Source: Thraustochytrium aureum (taxonomy: Eukaryota). Taken from it: a DNA stretch of 32,650 nt. The notes under the pieces were generated by a model that was given only the letters and a program-made list of their open reading frames with translations, was not told the DNA's origin and did no database searches. The stretch covers positions 196,312 through 228,961 of the forward strand of contig BLSG01000122.1 of NCBI GenBank assembly GCA_012862495.1, written 5' to 3'. A program made the position numbers and the translations under genes. This document shows, one piece after another, positions 20,945 to 30,968 of the stretch (position 1 is the stretch's first letter; every line of letters begins with the position of its first letter).

Positions 20945-21835
20945 ATGTCGAGCTCCGACCACTCGGCGGCCATGCCAGCCAAGCGCGACGACCGCGCGGC
21001 GCTTGCACTCGTTCTCGACAAGGTCCAGGACCTCGTGCGGAGCAACGCAGACGGGTCCAAGCCACTGCCAGCAATCGACCAAGAGTTCCTGGCCGCGGCT
21101 CGAGCAAAGCTGGGCCAGTACGGCCTCATCGGAGGCCTGTTCTCCGGCGGCTTGTCCATGGTTTTGCTGCGCAACGCCAGAGGATCCGTTCGGTTCCCTG
21201 GCGTCGTCGGCAGCTGGATCATCGGGTCCGGGGTTGGACGGTTCGCGGGAGTCGATGCCGCCTTGGAAGACATGTTCCGCCTTGGCAATGACTCTGTGCT
21301 TGGGCCAGTTTCTCGCCGCCTCGTTCTACAGCACGCTGAGACCAATGGGTACATCGCCAAGCGGTACAACCTCAACATTGCGGCAGCGGAAGCAGGGGAC
21401 CTGCCCGGCCTCGTGGGCAACAGCGGCGGAGCCGCTTCACCATTTCTAAGCGAGCCAGTGGGCGCGGGCTTCGAGGGCGGCGACGGGATCGACTCGGCCA
21501 GTGAAGGGTTTTTGAAGGATTATTTTGACAAGCCGGCGTCGACAAGTGCCGGGCCCGGCGACGAAGACTCATCTGCGAGCGTCAGCGCCACCGGCGGCCG
21601 GCACTCGGGCGCACAACAACCTAGCCCGGCCCAAGGCCGGCCAAGCTGGGCAGACGACAGCTTCCCTGCCTTCGACCCGTTCGCGGCACCAGATGAGTCG
21701 TCGCGAGCGCAGGGTAAAGGCGGCGCGCGATCCGTCTATGACGACTACGACGACCGCTTTCGAGCTGGCCCCCCGACCGGCAACAAATCCTGGGAAGACC
21801 TAAGGCGAGAGCGCGACCAGGCTGCTCCCCGCTAA
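20945..21835 (+). CDS. Hypothetical 296-aa protein with two Gly-rich hydrophobic helices and an acidic disordered tail; possibly OCIA-domain-like
   Basis: Open frame with coding-like codons. Helices YGLIGGLFSGGLSMVLL and GVVGSWIIGSGVGRFAG; MFRLGNDSVLG; terminal SWEDLRRER. Confidence 0.75.
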   Translation: MSSSDHSAAMPAKRDDRAALALVLDKVQDLVRSNADGSKPLPAIDQEFLAAARAKLGQYGLIGGLFSGGLSMVLLRNARGSVRFPGVVGSWIIGSGVGRFAGVDAALEDMFRLGNDSVLGPVSRRLVLQHAETNGYIAKRYNLNIAAAEAGDLPGLVGNSGGAASPFLSEPVGAGFEGGDGIDSASEGFLKDYFDKPASTSAGPGDEDSSASVSATGGRHSGAQQPSPAQGRPSWADDSFPAFDPFAAPDESSRAQGKGGARSVYDDYDDRFRAGPPTGNKSWEDLRRERDQAAPR

Positions 21836-22421
21836 TAGAAACCAGCCAGAAACGCGCCCGGAAATGAACGCGACATTCTCTGCGTATCCTTGTCGATGCT
21901 GCTCAAAGTTGTTCGGGCAACCTGGCAACGTCATGTTTTGGAGCACTCCAGGTCGGTCCGGGACGACGGCATAGGCCATGGGGCCCTGGGGCCCGCAAGT
22001 CGGTGCTCAGAGCGTTGCGCGGACCGCCAGCGCGCTCACTTGTCTGTTATGACTCAATCCATAGCGCCAGGACTTCGCGGCGCGCTCTTCCAGCCAAGCG
22101 ACCACTCTTTCCCTTTCAGACGTGAGGCTTCCTAGGCGCAAAAGGACTGCTTCGAAGACGTGCCCTGGGCGGCTTGAAGCAGCAAACCGTCAACTTGCAT
22201 CGCCTCCCTGGCGACGCCTCTGCTTGGTCGGTTGTCCGGGACGGCTTCGCACAGTGATTGACAGTGCTCTTGTGGAGGCGGAACGCCGGCGTTCCAGCTT
22301 GCTCTGTTCTGTGGGTTCGCCCCAGCTGCTCGTCCGCCACCGTATCGACGGCCTCCGCCTCGACCTCCTACGCGTTTGCTGCTTTGACATTTCCAGCGTG
22401 CTGGTGCGACGGAGCGCCGCC

Positions 22422-23471
22422 CTATGCGCCTGTGAAAGCAGCAGCCTTGCGCTTCCTGGAGAGCGGTGTGCATTCGTAGTCCTCTACGAACCGCTCGGGG
22501 GGCGGGACAGCTCCACCAGTCTCGCCCTCCGAGTGCCTGTAGGCCTGCGGGAATGCGCGGTCACGACGGGCGGCACCTGCCGACTTGCGACGGAGGTAGC
22601 GCGGGTCGCAAGCGCCCTCAACACGGTGCTTGGCGCACCAACGCCGCTTTCCTCCCGGTAAGGCCTGTGTCGCGCGGGTTGTACACGAGTCCACCTCACA
22701 CAGTTCGCTCTGGCGGACCGCGCCGTCAACCTTGTGTTGCGCGCACCAGCGCGCCTTTCCTCCGCGCATGGCTTGGCTAGCGCGCTTTGCGCAGCCTTCT
22801 ATCTCACAGGTTCCCGTGGGGCGACATGCGCCGCTGGGCTTGTGCTCGCCACACCATCGACGGCGCCCGTCGCCGAGCGCCTCGTTTGCGCGCTTGCTAC
22901 AGCCGGGGTGCTCGCAGTGAACTCCAGCATGAGCTGCACCGTCAGGCTTGTGCTCGGAGCACCAGCGACGCCGCCCGTCGCCGAGGCCCTGGCTCGCGTA
23001 CTTTCGGCACTTGTTCACCTCGCAGCGCTTGCCGTGCTGGTCGACGGCGCCTGGCGGCTTGTGCGCCGCGCACCAGCGCGTCTTTTGGTTGGGAAGGGCC
23101 TGCGTTGCGCGCTTGGTGCACTCTTCCACCTCGCACTTGCGTTTCGTCTTGTCTATGGCGCCGGGCGGTTTGTGCCGCGCACACCAGCGCTGCTTTGTGT
23201 CAGGGAGCGAGTGGTTTGCCCAGGTTGCGCAGCCGTCGTGGGCGCACCGCTTGCGTGACGGCGGCAGCTTTGTTGCTGTCAGCCTGTCGTAGTCGTCCTC
23301 GTTGGCGGCATCGCCCACGCGCGCTGCTCCACTCTGCGCGCGCTGTTGTTGCTGCTGGTGCTGCTCTGCACTAGAGGGCTCGTCACCAAGCGACAAGTCG
23401 TGGAGACGAGGCGCAGAGTCCTGCTCGGCCTCCAGCATCCCTTCTTCCGGGTTATCCACGAGCCTTGCCAT
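22422..23471 (-). CDS. Cys/His-rich tandem repeat protein, six EsV-1-7-type repeats (start may lie further upstream, in the gap)
   Basis: Six 36-37 aa units with consensus C-x4-C-x2-RA-x(n)-RWC-x2-H-K-x2-GA at about 22603-23246. Confidence 0.85.
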   Translation of the reverse strand: MARLVDNPEEGMLEAEQDSAPRLHDLSLGDEPSSAEQHQQQQQRAQSGAARVGDAANEDDYDRLTATKLPPSRKRCAHDGCATWANHSLPDTKQRWCARHKPPGAIDKTKRKCEVEECTKRATQALPNQKTRWCAAHKPPGAVDQHGKRCEVNKCRKYASQGLGDGRRRWCSEHKPDGAAHAGVHCEHPGCSKRANEALGDGRRRWCGEHKPSGACRPTGTCEIEGCAKRASQAMRGGKARWCAQHKVDGAVRQSELCEVDSCTTRATQALPGGKRRWCAKHRVEGACDPRYLRRKSAGAARRDRAFPQAYRHSEGETGGAVPPPERFVEDYECTPLSRKRKAAAFTGA

Positions 23472-24040
23472 GCCCGCAAAGTGGNNNNNNNNNNNNNNNN
23501 NNNNNNNNNNNNNNNNNNNNNNNNNNNNNNNNNNNNNNNNNNNNNNNNNNNNNNNNNNNNNNNNNNNNNNNNNNNNNNNNNNNNNNNNNNNNNNNNNNNN
23601 NNNNNNNNNNNNNNNNNNNNNNNNNNNNNNNNNNNNNNNNNNNNNNNNNNNNNNNNNNNNNNNNNNNNNNNNNNNNNNNNNNNNNNNNNNNNNNNNNNNN
23701 NNNNNNNNNNNNNNNNNNNNNNNNNNNNNNNNNNNNNNNNNNNNNNNNNNNNNNNNNNNNNNNNNNNNNNNNNNNNNNNNNNNNNNNNNNNNNNNNNNNN
23801 NNNNNNNNNNNNNNNNNNNNNNNNNNNNNNNNNNNTGCGGCCTTGGGCGTTTGCGCACCTCCTGTGCCTCGATTTTGACAAGGCCGAGCCGTTCGTCCTC
23901 TTCTCGCTGCTTTGTGGGCGCCGCGCAGAATCCGCCGCTGGCAGGCTCGCGTTGGACCTGGTTGCTGCAAGCAGGTAAGGATAAGGAAGGCTACCGTTGG
24001 TATTGGCGATATTGTAACAGCTGGCTCGGGAGAGGGCTGG

Positions 24041-25448
24041 CTACCTGAGCGTGTCGCTCGAGTACTCCGGGCCGCCGCCTGCCCAGCGGTGCATCCCAGA
24101 AAGGCGCTCAGGGAAAGACACGTTGTGCGCGGCCTTGTACGTGAGGTCCTCAAAGAGCTCGGGCACAGAGGCGCTGAGCCTTTTGCGCATGATGCGGATC
24201 GTCTTGGAGAAGGTCGAGATCTTGGTCCCGATAAACTTGTGCGCTCGCGTGCAGATGAGCTGGTCGACGAGGCCGAAGAGGTCGTTGCGAATCGGCGTGC
24301 TAGGCGTGCGGACGGTGTAGTCTATGAGCCACTTGCGCGTTTCCGGGTGGCCGAGCAAGTCCTCCTGGAACACGACCTTGTCAAAGTACGCGATGAGCGG
24401 CTCAAAGTAGGCAAACCCGCGCCCCTCCTCCGAGGCAACGTAGATGGGCACCTCCTTCTTAAAGCCCATCTTGATCGCGTTGCTGAGGTACTTGCTCGCG
24501 TCCGGGGCGTGGTTTTGGCTCCGCGTTGCATAGTCCCCCATGCGAATGTGAAACGCGTTAAAGTTTCCTTGGAAAAAATCGTTTGCCACCGACGCAGCCA
24601 GCTCTTGTAGGTACGGGGCGTAGCGTGCGTTCTCCCAATAGCCCTTGTTGAGCCAGTGCCCCGAGAAAAAGCGGCCACGCAGCCACACCACCTGGCGGCT
24701 CGACCGCTTGGCGGCGGCAACCACTTCGCGCCAAACGCTGGGGTTCTTTGGCTTCATGAGCCCCTCCGGGGGGAGACGCACGATCTTCAGGGACGGCACG
24801 TGGACCTTGATGAACTCGTTGATCGTGACGTTGAGCGGAAGCATCATCAAGCCAGACACCTTTTGCATGTGGTGAAAGTCGAGCGTGTGGTCCATGGGCA
24901 CCATCTGGTCCTCGCGCAGCCGCAGGAACCCTCGGTACAGGTTGCTATGCTTGCCATTCATTGGAACGATCAAGACGCGCTTGATTCGCTTCGCGATCGT
25001 CATGGCGTTCACCAAGCAGATCAGCTGGTTGTTGAATCCGCCAGACGGCGAGTACAAAAGGTACTTTTTCTTCGGCTCCAGCGCGTTGTACTCGATGTCG
25101 CTGGTCCGCGGCAATGTCGAGAACAACCGCGTCATGTTGCGGATGTGGTGTATGCTTTTCCCACTTTCCTTGTCGTCAATCGTGCCGTTTTCCAGTTCGG
25201 CCTCCAGCTGCTTCTCCAGCTTGTCGAGCACCGAGTGACGGTACACAAACTTCGAGTCGGGCCGCATATCCTCTACCACTTCGATCTCAGGCTCTACGAA
25301 CCCGCGAAGCGCGCTCGTGTCTAATGCGAGCGAGGACGCCACCGAGCTGAACGCCCCGCTCTCCTTGAACACGGTGGCAAAGACCCAAACCATCATCACC
25401 AAAACGCCAACGCGGGTCCAGTTCACCGACGCTTGCGAGCTGGTGCTC
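24041..25448 (-). CDS. GDP-fucose O-fucosyltransferase family (GT-B, POFUT-like) type II membrane protein, paralog A; start in gap
   Basis: TM RVGVLVMMVWVFATVF; YLLYSPSGGFNNQ; FNAFHIRMGD; IYVASE; VDQLICTRAHKFIGTKISTFS. Confidence 0.9.
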
Positions 25449-26255
25449 NNNNNNNNNNNNNNNNNNNNNNNNNNNNNNNNNNNNNNNNNNNNNNNNNNNN
25501 NNNNNNNNNNNNNNNNNNNNNNNNNNNNNNNNNNNNNNNNNNNNNNNNNNNNNNNNNNNNNNNNNNNNNNNNNNNNNNNNNNNNNNNNNNNNNNNNNNNN
25601 NNNNNNNNNNNNNNNNNNNNNNNNNNNNNNNNNNNNNNNNNNNNNNNNNNNNNNNNNNNNNNNNNNNNNNNNNNNNNNNNNNNNNNNNNNNNNNNNNNNN
25701 NNNNNNNNNNNNNNNNNNNNNNNNNNNNNNNNNNNNNNNNNNNNNNNNNNNNNNNNNNNNNNNNNNNNNNNNNNNNNNNNNNNNNNNNNNNNNNNNNNNN
25801 NNNNNNNNNNNNNNNNNNNNNNNNNNNNNNNNNNNNNNNNNNNNNNNNNNNNNNNNNNNNNNNNNNNNNNNNNNNNNNNNNNNNNNNNNNNNNNNNNNNN
25901 NNNNNNNNNNNNNNNNNNNNNNNNNNNNNNNNNNNNNNNNNNNNNNNNNNNNNNNNNNNNNNNNNNNNNNNNNNNNNNNNNNNNNNNNNNNNNNNNNNNN
26001 NNNNNNNNNNNNNNNNNNNNNNNNNNNNNNNNNNNNNNNNNNNNNNNNNNNNNNNNNNNNNNNNNNNNNNNNNNNNNNNNNNNNNNNNNNNNNNNNNNNN
26101 NNNNNNNNNNNNNNNNNNNNNNNNNNNNNNNNNNNNNNNNNNNNNNNNNNNNNNNNNNNNNNNNNNNNNNNNNNNNNNNNNNNNNNNNNNNNNNNNNNNN
26201 NNNNNNNNNNNNNNNNNNGGAGGACGCGCCTGCGACGCCGGACAAGTCGACGGCG

Positions 26256-27607
26256 ATGAGCGGGATGGGCAGCGGCGCAGCTGGGCACGGCGGCGCGTGG
26301 AATGGCAACGGGCGGCATACGCCTTGCGTGACGTTCTTGATGTTCATTCTGCTCCTTCTGTGCGTCTGGTCGTACCTGGATGTGATGCGCGAAGACTCGG
26401 CGATCGCCAGCCCGGAGGAGCACTTGTTCATCCGCGTGACTACGGCAAGCATGCGGGAGGAGGAGAACAAGGAGGACTTTGACGCGTACGTTAATGTGAC
26501 CGCGCTTGTTGGAAACGCGATCCCGGAGCCCAACCGCACCACCTCTGCCTTGCCTCGGACGAGCTCGCGCGAGTACAACACCATGACGAACGGCGAGCGA
26601 TACTTGCTGTACTCGCCGTCCGGTGGATTCACAAACCAGCTGCATTGCTTCCTATCTGCAGTGTATCTGGCTCAAATCTCCAACCGGACGCTCATTGTGC
26701 CGCCCAAGGGGCGCCACAGCAACATGTTTTGGGGCTACTACGCCCTCGAACAGGCCGAGGTGGTCCCGTTCGATCACGCCCTCGACTTTGCGTACATGGA
26801 AGAGCGCATTGGCGTGCGTTTGCTACCGCTCAACATCACGCTCAAGAAATTCCACGTCAAGTACCTCAACAACTCACACAGCAGCAACGCGTCCTTCACT
26901 TCGAGCAAGTGAAAGTTGCCGGGGGCCTCCGCCATGCCTCGCATTCGTACTGCGACAAGTACGCGCAGCGCGTCAAGGCATCCACAAAGCCCGTGGTCTG
27001 GGCGCACGGCAGGTTTTACAACAAGTACCTTGGCATTCTCGGCAAGGGCCAAAAGCATGTCCGGTTCTCGCCATATCTGCGCGAGTTTGCCAAGACAATC
27101 GCGACAGAGGCTCTCGGCGGCAAATACAACGCGTTTCACATCCGCCTGGGCGACTACTCGAAGAAGGCCAAGGCCGTCAGCAACGACGCGCGCCGCTTTG
27201 CAAAGTCGGCCAAATCGCTCGGCTTCAAGCGCGAGACTCCCGTCTACTTGGCCACAGACTCGACCTCGACTGTGTACTTCAAGCCGATTCTCAAGCACTG
27301 GTACAAGGTGGTGCGCATCAAAGACCTCAACAAGAACGAGGTCATTGCAAATTGGCTCAAAGACTTTTACACGCGGCTCCCCTCGACGAGCATTCGCAGC
27401 AGTCTTTTCGGCCTCGTCGACCAGCTCCTGTGCGTCCGCGCAGAAAAGTTTGTGGGCACGCTCGTTTCCACCTTTAGCAAGCAAATTGTAGCGCAGCGCC
27501 ACAACCTGGAGACAGTCGCGCCGGACATGCTTGAGGCGCCAGATTTTGACAAGTCGGAGCGCAAGGACACGCTCGAGTGGTGGGGGTACGGCAAGAAGCA
27601 GACATAG
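26256..27607 (+). CDS. O-fucosyltransferase family paralog B (frameshift at ~26893; start could extend into the gap)
   Basis: TM CVTFLMFILLLLCVWSYL; YLLYSPSGGFTNQ. The -1 frame gives YNAFHIRLGD, VYLATD and VDQLLCVRAEKFVGTLVSTFS. Confidence 0.9.
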
Positions 27608-28507
27608 CGCCCCTGCCGAACTTGGCCCTCCTTCCTGCCAGCCTTTTTAGCGCTGCCTGCCTGCCTGCCTGCCCAACGCCCTGCCTCCACCCTGCATGTT
27701 GACGAGGACCCTCGCCGGCGCTTCCTCGAGATAAACACTACTCTACACTTGTAGCACCATCTACCAAAAGTACTTGCACGTCGTCTCCTCTCGTTGCCAA
27801 CCAGCAAACGGCCCAGTTGCACCAAGGCCGAGCCCCGCGCCGCTGCAGCCGCCGCAGCCGAGCAAGCCTGCCACTAAGTACCTCGAGCCCCGAGAGCTNN
27901 NNNNNNNNNNNNNNNNNNNNNNNNNNNNNNNNNNNNNNNNNNNNNNNNNNNNNNNNNNNNNNNNNNNNNNNNNNNNNNNNNNNNNNNNNNNNNNNNNNNN
28001 NNNNNNNNNNNNNNNNNNNNNNNNNNNNNNNNNNNNNNNNNNNNNNNNNNNNNNNNNNNNNNNNNNNNNNNNNNNNNNNNNNNNNNNNNNNNNNNNNNNN
28101 NNNNNNNNNNNNNNNNNNNNNNNNNNNNNNNNNNNNNNNNNNNNNNNNNNNNNNNNNNNNNNNNNNNNNNNNNNNNNNNNNNNNNNNNNNNNNNNNNNNN
28201 NNNNNNNNNNTGGCTGGGGCAGGAAGGCGCCGGAAGGCGCGTGTCTGGCTTGCACCACCAACTCTTTTGAGCGAGCGAGCCCTGACGCGAGGGCACCTCG
28301 CCACCCACCGAGTCGCGGGGAGCGTGTCGTTCCGACGCACGCGCCCGCCAGCGTGGTGCGGCGTAAGGAGGGCCCTGGAGGCGTCAAAACGGCGGAATGC
28401 CCGGCGCACACGCTTCACTTGCGGACGGCGAGAGCGGGCTGGCCGCTCAGTTTCACGCCAAGCTGCACGCTGCGGACAACGGCCCGGTTGCCAGGGCGAG
28501 GGCGGCC

Positions 28508-29996
28508 ATGGAGGCCCTGTGTGGAGATACCGGGGCAAAGGCGCTCTCGCCCCGACACGGTGCTGCAAGGCTCTAGGAAGCCGCGGGCCGGCCCAAGCGC
28601 CGTGGCCCAACTTGTGGTTGCCGTCATTTGCGCAGCTGCCTTCGCCGGCCTCGTCTTGGAGGCTAGAAGCGTTTCAGGTACGTCTGACGACGTGCTCTCA
28701 GTCTCGGGCCAAGTGCACGTCCTTCGCGAGGCCGGCGACACGGGCGCCGGCGGAGAGGCCGACGAGTTGGTATTCCCTGGCCCAACCGACATCGACTTTG
28801 TGGACGAGCGCGAGTACCTGGGCTCGCTGCCGCCGCCATACAACGCGAACGCGAACCGTTCAAGCCTGCCGCGCACGAGTCGCCGCGCGTACAATGTTTT
28901 GGAGGAGGGCAAGCAGTACGTGCTCTACTCTCCGTCAGGGGGGTTCAACAACCAGCTCATTTGCCTCATGGACGCCATCTACCTGGCTCGCAAGTTTAAG
29001 CGCGCCGTGATCGTCCCCCCCGCGGGCCGCCACTCTTCCCTACACTGGAACTACTACAAGCTGACGGAGCAGCAAGTCATCCCCATGGACCACGCTCTGG
29101 ACTTTGAGTACATGGAGCGTGCGCTGCAGGTGGAGCTCGTTCCCCTCAACGTGACTCTCCGCGAATTCCGCGAATCGGAGCAGTTCCTGGGCCTGAGCTC
29201 GGAAAACAAGTCCTCAGCTCAGGTAGACTACATTCCAATTCCGCACGATGTAAAACTGCGACTCGCGCCGCTGAGGACGGTGAACAAGTTCGAGCGTCTA
29301 GGCCGCGAATCGACCAAGCAGGTCGTGTTCTACTATGGAGCTTTCTTCAACAGGGTCTGGCTTTCCAAGCAGACGCAGGCTGGTGTACGCTACTCGCCGT
29401 ACATCCGCATGTTCTCCCAGGCCGTGTCGCGGCGGCTCTTCCGCGGCCGGTTCAATGCGCTGCACGTCCGCCTTGGCGACAAATTTGAGGTCGCGCACAA
29501 GCTCAGCAAGAACGCTGAGCCCTTTGTTGACACGGCGGGCCAAGCTGGTTTTCTCAGCAACCAGCCCGTATTCGTGGCTTCGGATGAGGTGAAGGATTCT
29601 CGGTACATGCGGCCAATCAAGGCGCACTTTCGCAACGTCACCTTTGGCGTCGAACTGAAAAGGCTGCCCTCCCTGCGCGATTGGTTTGACGACTACCACT
29701 CGCGCTTGCCTCGCTCGCAGATTCGCCGCGACATGTTCGGCCTCGTCGAGCAGCTGGTTTGCGTGCGCGCAGAGCGCTTCGTCGGAACCGCGCTCTCCAG
29801 CTTCACAGAGACCATAGTCTTTTCTCGCGGTCTGCTCAGCGTCACGGTGCCCGACATGATCGGGAACGATCTCACTGCGCCAGCTCTGCAAGGGTCGGCT
29901 TCGCGCGGCTACGAACGCAAACGCGTCACGGCGGTTATATTATGGAACGGCAAGGTCATGTTGATGCGGCGCGACCGCCGGCCGCCCAGGATCTGA
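28508..29996 (+). CDS. O-fucosyltransferase family paralog C (start inferred at ATG 28508, with a +1 frameshift at ~28550)
   Basis: TM LVVAVICAAAFAGLVL; YVLYSPSGGFNNQ; FNALHVRLGD; VFVASDE; VEQLVCVRAERFVGTALSSFT. There is no in-frame ATG between the gap and the TM, but GCC-ATG-G at 28508 joins the frame if one C of CCCC 28550-28553 is removed. Confidence 0.88.
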
Positions 29997-30968
29997 GCCG
30001 CGGCGGTGCAGTAGACATGAGCATAAGAATAAGATGGTGTTGTTGTTTTGGCGCCTGCCGCCCGGAGCAAAGCGCCGGCCCGTGGCTTATTGGGCTCGAC
30101 GCCCGGGACCCGCTTGGGCTGGCGCCGGCGCACCGCCCTCGCCCTGGTCGCGGTTCTGCGTGTAGATGAGGTAGATTAGGCCAAAGGCCAGCGCGAACCG
30201 CGGGCCAGCCAGCATGGCCAAACCTGCTGCCACGATCAAGACAACCAGAGGAANNNNNNNNNNNNNNNNNNNNNNNNNNNNNNNNNNNNNNNNNNNNNNN
30301 NNNNNNNNNNNNNNNNNNNNNNNNNNNNNNNNNNNNNNNNNNNNNNNNNNNNNNNNNNNNNNNNNNNNNNNNNNNNNNNNNNNNNNNNNNNNNNNNNNNN
30401 NNNNNNNNNNNNNNNNNNNNNNNNNNNNNNNNNNNNNNNNNNNNNNNNNNNNNNNNNNNNNNNNNNNNNNNNNNNNNNNNNNNNNNNNNNNNNNNNNNNN
30501 NNNNNNNNNNNNNNNNNNNNNNNNNNNNNNNNNNNNNNNNNNNNNNNNNNNNNNNNNNNNNNNNNNNNNNNNNNNNNNNNNNNNNNNNNNNNNNNNNNNN
30601 NNNNNNNNNNNNNNNNNNNNNNNNNNNNNNNNNNNNNNNNNNNNNNNNNNNNNNNNNNNNNNNNNNNNNNNNNNNNNNNNNNNNNNNNNNNNNNNNNNNN
30701 NNNNNNNNNNNNNNNNNNNNNNNNNNNNNNNNNNNNNNNNNNNNNNNNNNNNNNNNNNNNNNNNNNNNNNNNNNNNNNNNNNNNNNNNNNNNNNNNNNNN
30801 NNNNNNNNNNNNNNNNNNNNNNNNNNNNNNNNNNNNNNNNNNNNNNNNNNNNNNNNNNNNNNNNNNNNNNNNNNNNNNNNNNNNNNNNNNNNNNNNNNNN
30901 NNNNNNNNNNNNNNNNNNNNNNNNNNNNNNNNNNNNNNNNNNNNNNNNNNNNNNNNNNNNNNNNNNNN

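Noticed and set aside
7728..26632. Long ORF-track calls spanning N-runs (e.g. 8943-11108, 24041-26632, 25317-26912) that suggest gene fusions
   Set aside because: Artefacts of translating through Ns, joining a real gene to the antisense strand of its neighbour
29915..30040. FucT C tail RVTAVILWNGKVMLMRR resembles the first strands of a Nudix hydrolase
   Set aside because: I found no Nudix box (GX5EX7REUXEE) downstream, and the similarity is too short to support
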